A stretch of 64,000 bases of DNA, from the IMG/VR virus record IMGVR_UViG_3300047301_000191. The stretch is one strand, 5' to 3'. The translations under genes and the position numbers were made by a program. The DNA is from a virus. Below, piece after piece: positions 45,200-54,594 of the stretch. The notes below the pieces were generated by a model. It searched no databases, was not told the origin of the DNA, and worked only from the letters and a program-made list of their open reading frames with translations. Numbering within the stretch: the first letter of the stretch is position 1; every line of letters begins with the position of its first letter.

Positions 45200-45597
45200 C
45201 CCATTTGAAAACAGAGCCTGGTACAGCACCACCAGATTATTGTTTTGATTGCTGGAAGAAAGAAGTACCGACTACTGACGATGAGGCGGTAGCTTCTCTT
45301 GCGCTGTTCTCCGGCAGTATTGCATCAGAGTCGCTATCACATGATGAGGCCATGGCGTTAGCCGCAGACAGCAATGGAAACGTGACGACCACAAGTATGA
45401 CGTTGTTGGTAGAACTCGTTGTATTTCTTCTGGAATCATATTCCTCCAAAGGAGTTCGTCAGTGGTTCAATCGCAACAGGACCGAGCTTGGCGGACTCAC
45501 CCCAGCCGAGTTTGTTCGTGCAAGTAATGGCGGCGGCAGCAACGGTTTGCTAAGACTTCAGGTTCTAGCCGAGGGTATTGACAACATGAACTCGTAA
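45166..45597 (+). CDS. Zn-ribbon + DUF2384 (Xre/MbcA/ParS-type antitoxin toxin-binding domain) protein, no adjacent toxin
   Basis: N-term CKNCKK...CFDCW; C-term RQWFNRNRTELGGLTPAEFVRASNGGGSNGLLRLQVLAEGI. Confidence 0.5.
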   Translation: MYFDCKNCKKVTHLKTEPGTAPPDYCFDCWKKEVPTTDDEAVASLALFSGSIASESLSHDEAMALAADSNGNVTTTSMTLLVELVVFLLESYSSKGVRQWFNRNRTELGGLTPAEFVRASNGGGSNGLLRLQVLAEGIDNMNS

Positions 45598-45668
45598 TTG
45601 ACTTACGCCAGAGCATACGAAATTGTTCGTATAGCAAATAAGAGTTAGAGTTAGATTGAGGAACGACA

Positions 45669-46046
45669 TTGAAGTTAAGTAACTTTTTATTGGTGAAGAT
45701 GGGCGACGAAGGCTGGAGCCGCCGCGAGCAAACATTGATCGCATCCTCCCTTGATGCAGAACAGTTGGATCGCGCCTACCGCCTTGGAGTAGAGCAGCTT
45801 GGGTTTGATGTTCTTGAGGTAACCCTATCAAGCTCAAATCTGGAAGCAAAGTACATCGATGCGCTGGGAGACTCTGGTTTTCCAATCACAGAAGAATTCA
45901 TGAAAGAAGATGTGCTATCAAGCGACGACTTATTTCAGATCTTTATGCACACCGTAAGTATGGGGAATCATGGCTTCGCATGGGCCGGTCTTGATTATGG
46001 TTCGGTAGATATAGGCCCGACTTCTACACTTGACGTAATTCACTGA
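45669..46046 (+). CDS. Hypothetical acidic protein
   Basis: TTG start; internal ATG at 45699 possible. Confidence 0.4.
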   Translation: MKLSNFLLVKMGDEGWSRREQTLIASSLDAEQLDRAYRLGVEQLGFDVLEVTLSSSNLEAKYIDALGDSGFPITEEFMKEDVLSSDDLFQIFMHTVSMGNHGFAWAGLDYGSVDIGPTSTLDVIH

Positions 46047-46056
46047 GAGGTGATGC

Positions 46057-46254
46057 TTGCAAACAATAGTGCTACACCCCGATGATGCAGAGATGGTATT
46101 GCTTGCTTTTGGTTTTAGACCCTCCGCGCTATCTGTTGGCCTAACGTTGAAAGACTGCCAACTCCAGAGAATTGGAGATTATGTCTATGCGACTGGAGAC
46201 AATCTTAAATTAAAGCAATTATTGGGAGACATCTCGAAGCATGGATGCGGCTGA
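46057..46254 (+). CDS. Hypothetical small protein
   Basis: ORF. Confidence 0.3.
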   Translation: MQTIVLHPDDAEMVLLAFGFRPSALSVGLTLKDCQLQRIGDYVYATGDNLKLKQLLGDISKHGCG

Positions 46255-46391
46255 AAAGTAGTATGGATTGTTGCCGCACAAAGTGTGATGCTTTACCTTT
46301 CGATAGGAATTCTCCTTACGTTACCAGCAGGAATTGTACTTGCCTCTCTATTTGTAGAAAGCTGGCAAGAAATAAAAAAGTGGAAAGCAAA

Positions 46392-46847
46392 ATGAATTGG
46401 TTAGAGTACATACGACAAATATCACTGCACCGCCAACGAGTCTATAGGGTCGCCTGTCGTATTTATGGCAATGAGCACCTTGTCGCAAAAATGATGAAGC
46501 TTCATGACATTGAAAAATGGCTTTTTCTACCAGCATTGCTTCTCGTTAAAAACAGGAAGGGTGACTGGATTGCCCGAACTGTGTATGATGCAATGAATGA
46601 CATTGGCTATCTTTTGCAAGACTGCTGGTTTTATCAAGCAGCTAGGGACAACCTTGCTGCATTCGACAATGCAAAAGACATCGAAAGAGTGATCGACGTT
46701 CTTGACAGGAATCAGGATCCCGCCGCAAGAAAAGAATTCGGCAGGCCAAACGAGCCATGGCAAAAGTTCCTAACGCCTCCCCAAACAAAGATTGCTGAAA
46801 GCATTCTGATTGGCAACCATTGGCACGGAGAATTCGATAACGTTTGA
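46392..46847 (+). CDS. Putative HD-domain phosphohydrolase (weak)
   Basis: Internal ATG (MNWLEY...); H..R...then MKLHDIEKW resembles an HD motif. Confidence 0.35.
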   Translation: MNWLEYIRQISLHRQRVYRVACRIYGNEHLVAKMMKLHDIEKWLFLPALLLVKNRKGDWIARTVYDAMNDIGYLLQDCWFYQAARDNLAAFDNAKDIERVIDVLDRNQDPAARKEFGRPNEPWQKFLTPPQTKIAESILIGNHWHGEFDNV

Positions 46848-47122
46848 CAGTGGAGGGTACCTTGACTAAGCTGATAGATAATGCCATTGAGCCTGCTAAG
46901 CTATTTGTTGGTCAGAAAATCAAGTTAGTTTGTCCATATTTATCTACAGTATTTCGTCACAATGACGGCACAATGGTTGCCACTGTGACCGACATATTTT
47001 GTGTCGACGATGTTGCCTGGCAAATTTCCTTAAAGAGCAACACATCGTACTTCCGTTGGGATTCCCGCCGTGACGGTGGGGTCTTTTTTCTATTGAATGA
47101 AAGAAAATATGAAGGCATCTAA
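46844..47122 (+). CDS. Hypothetical protein
   Basis: GTGA overlap. Confidence 0.35.
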   Translation: MTVEGTLTKLIDNAIEPAKLFVGQKIKLVCPYLSTVFRHNDGTMVATVTDIFCVDDVAWQISLKSNTSYFRWDSRRDGGVFFLLNERKYEGI

Positions 47123-47324
47123 ACCAAGAAACACCGCTCACGCCGTAGCAATCCTTACCAAAAAAGGCGGGCCTATGCGCAGTGAGGACGATCAATATCG
47201 TGCGGCCAAACTGGAATTTCTTTCGGAAGAAGACGAAGAAGAACTTCCGCCGGTGTGTAAAGTCAATCTTGTCTGCGATTCGAACTGCCGCAAGCTTTGT
47301 AAGAAAGCTCCCAATGAATCTTGA
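47097..47324 (+). CDS. Hypothetical small protein
   Basis: ORF. Confidence 0.3.
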   Translation: MKENMKASKPRNTAHAVAILTKKGGPMRSEDDQYRAAKLEFLSEEDEEELPPVCKVNLVCDSNCRKLCKKAPNES

Positions 47325-47892
47325 TACTTATCCGATCTTGGCCTGGATTGAGAAAGCTAGGAATTCTCCAGACAGCATCAGGCACACCGCCCATAAAAAA
47401 TACTCTTTGCACTGGGAAGAGTTTGAAGTTGTGGACAAAGACGTAGTTGTTGATTATTACGCAGACAAAAACATATACATAAAGACTGGTAACATCGACA
47501 AGCCAGCAAATCTCCAAATAGAACTTCCGTCGCTAATTCTTTCATTCACATATCAATGTAGCATCGAAGGAATAACAGAAATAACGGAGTGGATAGTTTC
47601 AGGAGATGTTAGTCGTTACTATTTCTCTGCCGGCTTTTTTCCAAAGCTAAACGTAGCTATAGCAGACATCCTACGAAAGTCTAAATCAAGCCAAGACGAC
47701 TATGTTGATGTGTTGCAAGACGGCACAGTTAAGGTCAACCATTTACTTGTTGATGGCGAGGCAAAAGAAGCCGTGATGGATTTTGTAAGGCGGTCGCTAC
47801 CTGATGAGCCGCAAATTTGTGAATGCCTAGCAGACATGGGCGTACTGCATTTGGCTTCAAGAATTCTCAAAGGGGCAAGCTGTGAAGATTGA
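47314..47892 (+). CDS. Hypothetical protein (N-term MNLDTYPILAWIEK)
   Basis: Internal ATG carrying the family-type N-term. Confidence 0.45.
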   Translation: MNLDTYPILAWIEKARNSPDSIRHTAHKKYSLHWEEFEVVDKDVVVDYYADKNIYIKTGNIDKPANLQIELPSLILSFTYQCSIEGITEITEWIVSGDVSRYYFSAGFFPKLNVAIADILRKSKSSQDDYVDVLQDGTVKVNHLLVDGEAKEAVMDFVRRSLPDEPQICECLADMGVLHLASRILKGASCED

Positions 47893-48415
47893 AGAATGGG
47901 AGTGCTTGCGCAGAGAGATGGATTATCAATCGGTGATTGATCAATGCGCTGCAGCAATGCATATCCAGCAGATCAGAAACTACAAGATTGTTCGATTTGA
48001 AATTGTTAGATCATTTTTGATCAACTTACCTTATCGTCCAACTTACGCTATATCCAGCCTAAAAAACCGAGACATAGGTTATTCAATCGCTGTACGAGGG
48101 CTTAACGAAACTCAGGAAAGCTGGGATGATAGTCCGGTAGAAATCTTCAAAGACAACAACATTGTTGTATGGCGTTGGGGGAGCTTAACTTCTCCAGCAA
48201 AGTCGAAAGAATTGTTCGACGTTGACCTAGGCACACCTGCAGTTATGAAGTACTTCATGAGTAAAGAGTTGTATGACATTGTATCCATTGAGGAATACGA
48301 AGAACTTATGCTGCAATACTGGAATAAAAAGTTTGGCCAAAAGCACAACAAGTCATTACTAGGGTTGCTTGCGACGCACCGCCGTCGGCTTGGCACCCAT
48401 CCAAAGATAGACTGA
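47882..48415 (+). CDS. Hypothetical protein (N-term VKIEEWECL)
   Basis: GTG start; stop precedes motif copy 8. Confidence 0.45.
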   Translation: MKIEEWECLRREMDYQSVIDQCAAAMHIQQIRNYKIVRFEIVRSFLINLPYRPTYAISSLKNRDIGYSIAVRGLNETQESWDDSPVEIFKDNNIVVWRWGSLTSPAKSKELFDVDLGTPAVMKYFMSKELYDIVSIEEYEELMLQYWNKKFGQKHNKSLLGLLATHRRRLGTHPKID

Positions 48416-48422
48416 GCCTTAC

Positions 48423-48448
48423 CAGCAAAACCGCTGGCGCAAGATCCA
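48423..48448 (+). promoter_or_regulatory. Recurrent motif copy 8 (TTACCAGCAAAACC-N10-GATCCA)
   Basis: 8 nt after stop 48415; 38 nt upstream of ATG 48487. Confidence 0.45.
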
Positions 48449-48486
48449 GCCGCCAGCAACACTCACCAGCAGCAACAAGGAATACA

Positions 48487-48735
48487 ATGCCAAGTTTTGA
48501 TGACGAGACAATTGAGAAGTGGCGTCATGAGCGAGTTACCTGCACAGCCACAAAGAAAAACACACACCCTGTGCAGGCAGGAATGGCAATCCGAACAGTA
48601 GAGGAAGACATAGCAGAAGAGCAGAGGCGACTTGGCCGAGCAATTCAACAAGTAAAAGACAGTACTGAAATCCTCAAAAATCTTGCCAGGCGCCGCGCCA
48701 GTATTTTGCAAGATATTGCAGACCTTAACAAATAA
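48487..48735 (+). CDS. Hypothetical protein
   Basis: ORF downstream of motif. Confidence 0.45.
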   Translation: MPSFDDETIEKWRHERVTCTATKKNTHPVQAGMAIRTVEEDIAEEQRRLGRAIQQVKDSTEILKNLARRRASILQDIADLNK

Positions 48736-48748
48736 GACGAGGAATACA

Positions 48749-49288
48749 ATGAACATCTTTGCGAGAATTCTTTTCATTCCACTCAACTTATTGTTGCTGC
48801 TTGTTGACAAGATTGTCTTTCCATTCCTGCAATCCAAACCACACTTTTGGCAAGTGACCGCTAAGAAGAATCAAATCTACCTAGAGATAGAGAGAAACCA
48901 TTTCCTGTTTTCTCGTCTTTTTGATGAAGATGTATTTTCTCCTGTTGCCCGGCAGGAACTACTGTCTGCCTCTAAGGCCGCAAACCAAACGGCGGCAGTA
49001 CTCCATCTTTACTCTGCGTATGCGGCTCTCTCGGAATTTGCAAGGAATTGCGAAGCTGCAGGATTTGAGCTTAACGCACAGTGGATTGAAAGACTTAACT
49101 CCGCCAATCAACACCTCTTTGAGCGAGTATTGGCCAAGTTTTCAAAGTATGATCAAACTCTAATTTACCATAATTTGCCCAGACTTTATTCTGCCACTTC
49201 ACGAGCGATTCATCGCACAGAATTCAGTGGCGTAGTTACCGTAGGGAATACCGATGAGCTTGACACATTCCAACTCACTGCAGAATAA
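48749..49288 (+). CDS. Hypothetical protein with N-terminal TM helix
   Basis: ATG after GAGGAATACA RBS. Confidence 0.45.
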   Translation: MNIFARILFIPLNLLLLLVDKIVFPFLQSKPHFWQVTAKKNQIYLEIERNHFLFSRLFDEDVFSPVARQELLSASKAANQTAAVLHLYSAYAALSEFARNCEAAGFELNAQWIERLNSANQHLFERVLAKFSKYDQTLIYHNLPRLYSATSRAIHRTEFSGVVTVGNTDELDTFQLTAE

Positions 49289-49808
49289 GCAGGACAACAG
49301 GCCAATCATTGTTCTTGATTTTGATGGAACAATGAACCCTGTCCCATTTTATGGACAAGAAGACCACGACTTTGTTTTTGATATTAGCACATGGGTAAAT
49401 ACAACAAATGAAGATGGATCGGCTTGGCGATACAAGGTGAATCTTTCCACAGAGATGGCCGCTGAAATAATTCAGCTTGGCACAGTCATGTGGCTTACGT
49501 CATGGGTCCGTTGGGCCGATGATGCAAATACAGTTATTGCGCCATTGCTTGGGTGGGGCCGCTTGCCTATTGTTCCCTTTGAAAAGGATCGGCCAGATTG
49601 GAAGCATCATGCAATGCAGCAATTGCTAGCGGATGACGGCCCACCAGTTGTTTGGATCGATGACGAAGCAGAACAAATTATTGAAGAGGGAAGAAATCGA
49701 ATTCCATTGGATCCTTATGATAGGCTGATTGTGTGCGCCCCTTGGACCGACTATGGAATGCGCAGGTCAGACTTTAATCAAATAACCTCTGGCCTCAAGG
49801 AAAAGTAA
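49254..49808 (+). CDS. HAD-superfamily phosphatase (DxDGT motif; candidate polynucleotide 3'-phosphatase)
   Basis: Motif I IIVLDFDGTM near the N-term; WIDDEAE later. Confidence 0.55.
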   Translation: MSLTHSNSLQNKQDNRPIIVLDFDGTMNPVPFYGQEDHDFVFDISTWVNTTNEDGSAWRYKVNLSTEMAAEIIQLGTVMWLTSWVRWADDANTVIAPLLGWGRLPIVPFEKDRPDWKHHAMQQLLADDGPPVVWIDDEAEQIIEEGRNRIPLDPYDRLIVCAPWTDYGMRRSDFNQITSGLKEK

Positions 49809-50450
49809 ATGACTTCATTTCCACCACACCTGCCTTTCAGGAGCACCTATCTCCTTAATAGGGCCACCGCCCAAGCTGCACTGGCGAAGCTGAATAAGAA
49901 ATCGCCGGTTAGTGACCTATTGGTTCAGCACTTTCCAAAAGTTGTCAGTGAAGTTGGCTATTATCATCCTCTTTATCTGGCTAACGCATACGCAGAATTC
50001 TGCGAAGACAGCCGGCCCAATAAACACCTAGGATTTACCAGCCGATACAATATGTCAGTATTTACTGAGCGTCATTTTAAGAATGAAGCAGAGTTCAAGA
50101 GAACAGAAGAACTATTTAAAGCTTGTCTAGCTGGTCACATCACAACTACTAGAATTCTGCAATTACAAAGACTAAGAAATGAACTAAACACAGAAAGTAA
50201 CTATTGGAACTTTCAAGCTATTTGGCCGAATAAGAGGCACAAGAAGTCTCCTCGGCATGCTTCTGCCGCTACAATGCTAAATGTCTTGTTGGCTCATTTT
50301 GCCAATAAGCCGCATGCAGCACTTGCAGGATATACCTTGCTTGAGCAAGACGAGCTTATCGCCTGGGTTCAGCAGCATGCCCCTCGTATCAGCGGCTGCT
50401 TCCTTTCCAAAATTATCCCCATCGAACAAGACGACTACGAAGAAGACTAA
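49809..50450 (+). CDS. Hypothetical protein
   Basis: ORF; TAAATG junction. Confidence 0.45.
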   Translation: MTSFPPHLPFRSTYLLNRATAQAALAKLNKKSPVSDLLVQHFPKVVSEVGYYHPLYLANAYAEFCEDSRPNKHLGFTSRYNMSVFTERHFKNEAEFKRTEELFKACLAGHITTTRILQLQRLRNELNTESNYWNFQAIWPNKRHKKSPRHASAATMLNVLLAHFANKPHAALAGYTLLEQDELIAWVQQHAPRISGCFLSKIIPIEQDDYEED

Positions 50451-50462
50451 AGAAGGAAAGCA

Positions 50463-51197
50463 ATGTCATACATTAAGCATCAAATGATTGAGCGCAGAGA
50501 GATCAATCTAAAGATCAGCAAAGACGAACTACTACGCAAGATTCTTGCGTCCTATGAGATTAACGAACCAAGCGAGTCTTTGCTCAAGGCGCTTCGCGTG
50601 TCATTGACGGGTGACAGTTTGCTTATTGTTGGAACAGAGGAATCTCTTGTCGCCGATATGAGTCCAGAGTTCAATGATTTGCTTTCGACAGAGAACTCTG
50701 CCATCAAGAAGACGATTAATGCTGTTCTACCAGCTGGTGAAAAGTGGTACAAGATCTCAAGCCCTGAATGGCACTCAAAATGTACTTCAATCTCCCGAGA
50801 CAAAAAGCTCCAGTTTCATGCCATTCCTGGATGGATAAGCCTGACAGAAAAAGAGTCGCAGCAATACGGATTGTTTAACGAGCTAGCCCTACAGGATACT
50901 AAGCATCGATATTTCATTAACAGCGCTATTACAACAACCTCGGATGTAGATCGCTTCTTCTTGTTTGGAGAGGGCGGACTTGTTCGACGTTTTGATAACA
51001 CATATCTTGTTAATTCAGACGACCACCTTGATGACATTCCCCCTCACGTCAACTATTGTCGCAAAAGCGGCAACATTTGGCAGATGTGCAAGATGACTGG
51101 GGAAACTGATACTCGCGGGAGGAAACAGGTGGAAGTAATTAAAAATGGCATTACACTATTTGATGCTTTGACCCAAATGGGTTATGAGCAGCTATGA
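50463..51197 (+). CDS. Hypothetical protein
   Basis: ORF with GGAAAGCA RBS. Confidence 0.45.
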   Translation: MSYIKHQMIERREINLKISKDELLRKILASYEINEPSESLLKALRVSLTGDSLLIVGTEESLVADMSPEFNDLLSTENSAIKKTINAVLPAGEKWYKISSPEWHSKCTSISRDKKLQFHAIPGWISLTEKESQQYGLFNELALQDTKHRYFINSAITTTSDVDRFFLFGEGGLVRRFDNTYLVNSDDHLDDIPPHVNYCRKSGNIWQMCKMTGETDTRGRKQVEVIKNGITLFDALTQMGYEQL

Positions 51198-51961
51198 AGG
51201 CCAATTTTGGCGAAACCCTAAAGGCCTTAACTAGAACGGGCGTGGCTTTTTCATTTAGCAACAAGCTATTGAAAAAAAGAACTACTTATGTTCATACTGG
51301 TGACTACGCGGGACTTTGGGTCTATAGACTTGATGTCAAAAGAGTTACGTGGCGACCGATTCATATAGTGGCCAGGAAAGAACTCGTCACTTACGTTGCA
51401 GGTGGCAAAACAAAGAAATACACATTGCCGATTCCAGCCTTATTGTTTGGCAACCTAACTGGTCAGACAAGTCGGCATCGTCAAGCCTATCGTACGATGA
51501 GAGTAGAGATCTTGTCTACGACTAAGTACTGGAATAAGTATTGCGATGGGATTGGCATCGATGGCACAGACAGCATTGCTTTTAAAGAGTCGCTAGAGGC
51601 GTGCTACTCTGTAGAGCCAAACTCTAGTATCCTACCATTAAAGCTGTTGGTTGGCGGTTGGCTTAATACCAAAAGCCCGAAGTACAGAAATAAGTTTGTT
51701 CAAAGCTATTGCAAAGTTGGCTTGGTTGAGGCCTGTCGAAATAATACTAGGTTGCCACCAAAGGCATTAGTCGCCCTTGCTACTGCAGAAGACGCAGTTC
51801 AAAAAAGCATTGGCACAGGAGGATGGAACCCCAGTACGAAACCAGACACAATTATCACAACCAGAGGCTACTGGGATCGAGTAGATATGAAATCGGCAAT
51901 AGCTAAGACCAGAACAGTAATTATATTGGGTGCAGTACGAACAGGAGACTATAATGAATAA
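51194..51961 (+). CDS. Hypothetical protein
   Basis: ATGA overlap. Confidence 0.45.
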   Translation: MKANFGETLKALTRTGVAFSFSNKLLKKRTTYVHTGDYAGLWVYRLDVKRVTWRPIHIVARKELVTYVAGGKTKKYTLPIPALLFGNLTGQTSRHRQAYRTMRVEILSTTKYWNKYCDGIGIDGTDSIAFKESLEACYSVEPNSSILPLKLLVGGWLNTKSPKYRNKFVQSYCKVGLVEACRNNTRLPPKALVALATAEDAVQKSIGTGGWNPSTKPDTIITTRGYWDRVDMKSAIAKTRTVIILGAVRTGDYNE

Positions 51962-52334
51962 AGACGACATGTGGACAAGCGGTTATGATCAAATGAAGAC
52001 TACTTATAGCCCCTATACATCTGGTACTGACGATTATGGAACAGTCTCCAGAGGTGGCCAGCGCGATGGCGGGTACGCAAAGCGAAAGGCAGAGTACGAA
52101 ATAAAGCAACAGATGGATCAACAAGAACAAGAAGCTCAGTTGATTTTGCAAGAAATTGTGGCATTGGCTAAGGCTTCTCTTAAGGCTGAAGGCCATGGCG
52201 ACACAAAAGATGGCGTGGCAGGCAAGCTTGATTTGCTTGCTGATTTGCGGGCAATGATTTGCTCAGGTGACGACATCAACAAAATGCTAGAAAAAATCGA
52301 CACACTGGAGCGGGCGATTCAGGGAACTAAGTGA
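51954..52334 (+). CDS. Hypothetical protein
   Basis: Internal ATG overlapping the upstream stop. Confidence 0.4.
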   Translation: MNKDDMWTSGYDQMKTTYSPYTSGTDDYGTVSRGGQRDGGYAKRKAEYEIKQQMDQQEQEAQLILQEIVALAKASLKAEGHGDTKDGVAGKLDLLADLRAMICSGDDINKMLEKIDTLERAIQGTK

Positions 52335-52684
52335 AGCTTGATTTCGCTATTGCCGCGCAGGTATTAAGTGCGACCGACTTACGTCAATACATTAATGCAA
52401 GCTATGGAGTTCTGCTACCAGGATCTGCGATAACAAAGATTCAAAAGCTACAATCCTATGATCTTTGTATTTATGCCAAGCGCAAAGAATTAAACTACAT
52501 GGTTCATTTGCACAAACGATTTAGTCTGAATGGTAAGACTTCCGCCGTTTGCCGAGTGAGAATCTGCCCAAACCAATATATGCCTATCTCTGATGGCGCT
52601 GAGTTTACCGTGTGTGCAGAAATCTACTGTGTCAATTCTAAGAAAACCTGGGCATATCTAGGGAAAGATGAAAGGCAACTATGA
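52331..52684 (+). CDS. Hypothetical protein (N-term MKLDFAIAAQ)
   Basis: GTGA overlap. Confidence 0.4.
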   Translation: MKLDFAIAAQVLSATDLRQYINASYGVLLPGSAITKIQKLQSYDLCIYAKRKELNYMVHLHKRFSLNGKTSAVCRVRICPNQYMPISDGAEFTVCAEIYCVNSKKTWAYLGKDERQL

Positions 52685-53097
52685 ACAACATTCTCTATAA
52701 GCGTGCGCCGCCAGAACGAGTACCAAGGAATAAGGGTGGAGATGCGCCGCTACCAGGTACTTTTAGTGGAACTATTTTTGCCGACGATGGTCACATTGCC
52801 GGGCAGCATTACCCACGTCCTGCTCCGGCCGCAGTCCCCACTATTACTCCAAAACCAAGCGAGACTGTGAAGAATTCGCTATTAGAATTCACAAAAATGG
52901 CGCAGGACTTGCGTGTCCAAATTATATCTGAAGCCAGTGCAGCAGATCTTCTGGCGGCGCTAGCTATGATGGAAGATTTCGCTGCCAAAAATCTTAAGAA
53001 TAGTGAGATTGTTTTGCAGCATTCTTCGGCCTCAACACATCCGAGCTCCACTAGAGTTGTAGGCTATAATGCTATGACTGGTCATTGGCAATATTAA
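52681..53097 (+). CDS. Hypothetical protein
   Basis: ATGA overlap. Confidence 0.4.
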   Translation: MNNILYKRAPPERVPRNKGGDAPLPGTFSGTIFADDGHIAGQHYPRPAPAAVPTITPKPSETVKNSLLEFTKMAQDLRVQIISEASAADLLAALAMMEDFAAKNLKNSEIVLQHSSASTHPSSTRVVGYNAMTGHWQY

Positions 53098-53717
53098 TGG
53101 CGCAAAATTTTACTGGTCTTAGTGCAAGTCAAATCAACGCAATGATGAATCGCTCAACTATGAGCCCGGAGGATTGCGCGGCAGCAGCAGTGCAGGCAAT
53201 GATGGACGCGGGCCAATACATGCCTGCAGAAAAACCAGACCCGAATAAAGAGATGCTGGACGCCTTATCTGACATGCGAGTGGCAATCATTAGCTCGAAT
53301 GCAGAAGTAGCGCTGGTTGACTCTTTGCTAGCAGGTTTGCTTAAGATTGAATCGTTGATTGAAAAATCAATGATTCAACCGACCGTATACTTAAAGGCAA
53401 ATACTAACCAAACGCGGCTCGCTGACAGTTCAGAGCGAGAGTCAACCCTCTACCTTGAAAAAATCCTGAAAATCTTTCAGCAAGAGGGAAATGATTTTAT
53501 TAAAATGGATCTGTTGAATCAGGTCATTAGTGACATTCATTGCTATAATTATGAAACATGCCAGCATATCGCCGATTATATGTCAGGTGTACTTAAGCAG
53601 CACAATGACCCAAATCTAGATCAAATTTCTGAAGGAGTTTTGCTCACTAGAAATTCAAAAGAAATAGACACATTAAGTAAGCTGTACTGGCGCGGAGCTC
53701 TTAAACACTTACTTTAG
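53085..53717 (+). CDS. Hypothetical protein
   Basis: ORF; stop precedes motif copy 9. Confidence 0.45.
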   Translation: MAILMAQNFTGLSASQINAMMNRSTMSPEDCAAAAVQAMMDAGQYMPAEKPDPNKEMLDALSDMRVAIISSNAEVALVDSLLAGLLKIESLIEKSMIQPTVYLKANTNQTRLADSSERESTLYLEKILKIFQQEGNDFIKMDLLNQVISDIHCYNYETCQHIADYMSGVLKQHNDPNLDQISEGVLLTRNSKEIDTLSKLYWRGALKHLL

Positions 53718-53730
53718 GAATTGCTCCTGC

Positions 53731-53757
53731 CAGCAAAACCGCCGGCGGCGGATCCAG
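53731..53757 (+). promoter_or_regulatory. Recurrent motif copy 9 (CTGCCAGCAAAACC-GCCGGCGGCG-GATCCAG; palindromic spacer)
   Basis: 14 nt after stop 53717; 35 nt upstream of ATG 53793. Confidence 0.45.
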
Positions 53758-53792
53758 TTAGCAGCCCGGCTCCATAACTATTTGGGAGAGAG

Positions 53793-54170
53793 ATGAATCT
53801 GAATCAATGGGAAGTGATCGCTGAATTAGCTGAACAATACTCTTCCCCTAAGATTACTCATGGATCCTTCGTCTTTCTTAAAGAAGAAAAATCAGCGATT
53901 GTCTGTTTTTATGAGTGTGGTCAAATCAAATCTTGTACCTACTCCAACAGAGTAGGTTATCATCGCCCCCATCAGGAAGGCCCTGCAAATCAGATTTTCT
54001 ATAGGGATGGAAATATCAGCTGCACCCAGTACTTCTTAGATGGACTACTTTATCGGCCACCTCATTTGGGGCCTGCCTATAAGAGTCTATATCAGGATGG
54101 ACGAGTTTTGCTCGCAGAGTACTGGCAGTATGGGAAGAAGTTCGCGCCTCTACAATCGGCGCCACTCTAA
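53793..54170 (+). CDS. MORN-variant repeat protein
   Basis: N-term MNLNQWEVIAELAEQYSSP; repeats YHRPHQEGPANQIFYRDG, YRPPHLGPAYKSLYQDG. Confidence 0.7.
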   Translation: MNLNQWEVIAELAEQYSSPKITHGSFVFLKEEKSAIVCFYECGQIKSCTYSNRVGYHRPHQEGPANQIFYRDGNISCTQYFLDGLLYRPPHLGPAYKSLYQDGRVLLAEYWQYGKKFAPLQSAPL

Positions 54171-54183
54171 GTGGGGGGTGACT

Positions 54184-54594
54184 GTGAATATCGATAGTTG
54201 GCAAAAGATACGAGAGCTTACTGAAAAGTACGGACCTCCCAAAAGTGACGGGCGAAAGGGAAACGGATTAACATTCGAGAAATCAAACACTAGCGTTTGG
54301 GTGGGCCTTCGTCCATCTGGTTCGATTTCATATATCGAGTACAGTGAATCAAGTAGCGAACACTCTATTTTAATGCTTTCCAGACCACATCTAGATGGAC
54401 CTGCTGTAGAATCATTCCATGACAATGGCAAAGTCCATTGCAGATACCATTACAAAAGTTCGTTGCTGCACAGGCCTACTGATCTAGGACCAGCCTACGT
54501 AAACTACGGTTATGATGGGGCGCTCATGGGATGTTCATACTATCATATGGGAATTTCGCAGCAAAAAGTGGATGCAATTAGCCTAAGGAGTTGA
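54184..54594 (+). CDS. MORN-variant repeat protein
   Basis: GTG start; N-term VNIDSWQKIRELTEKYGPP; repeats SRPHLDGPAVESFHDNG, HRPTDLGPAYVNYGYDG. Confidence 0.65.
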   Translation: MNIDSWQKIRELTEKYGPPKSDGRKGNGLTFEKSNTSVWVGLRPSGSISYIEYSESSSEHSILMLSRPHLDGPAVESFHDNGKVHCRYHYKSSLLHRPTDLGPAYVNYGYDGALMGCSYYHMGISQQKVDAISLRS

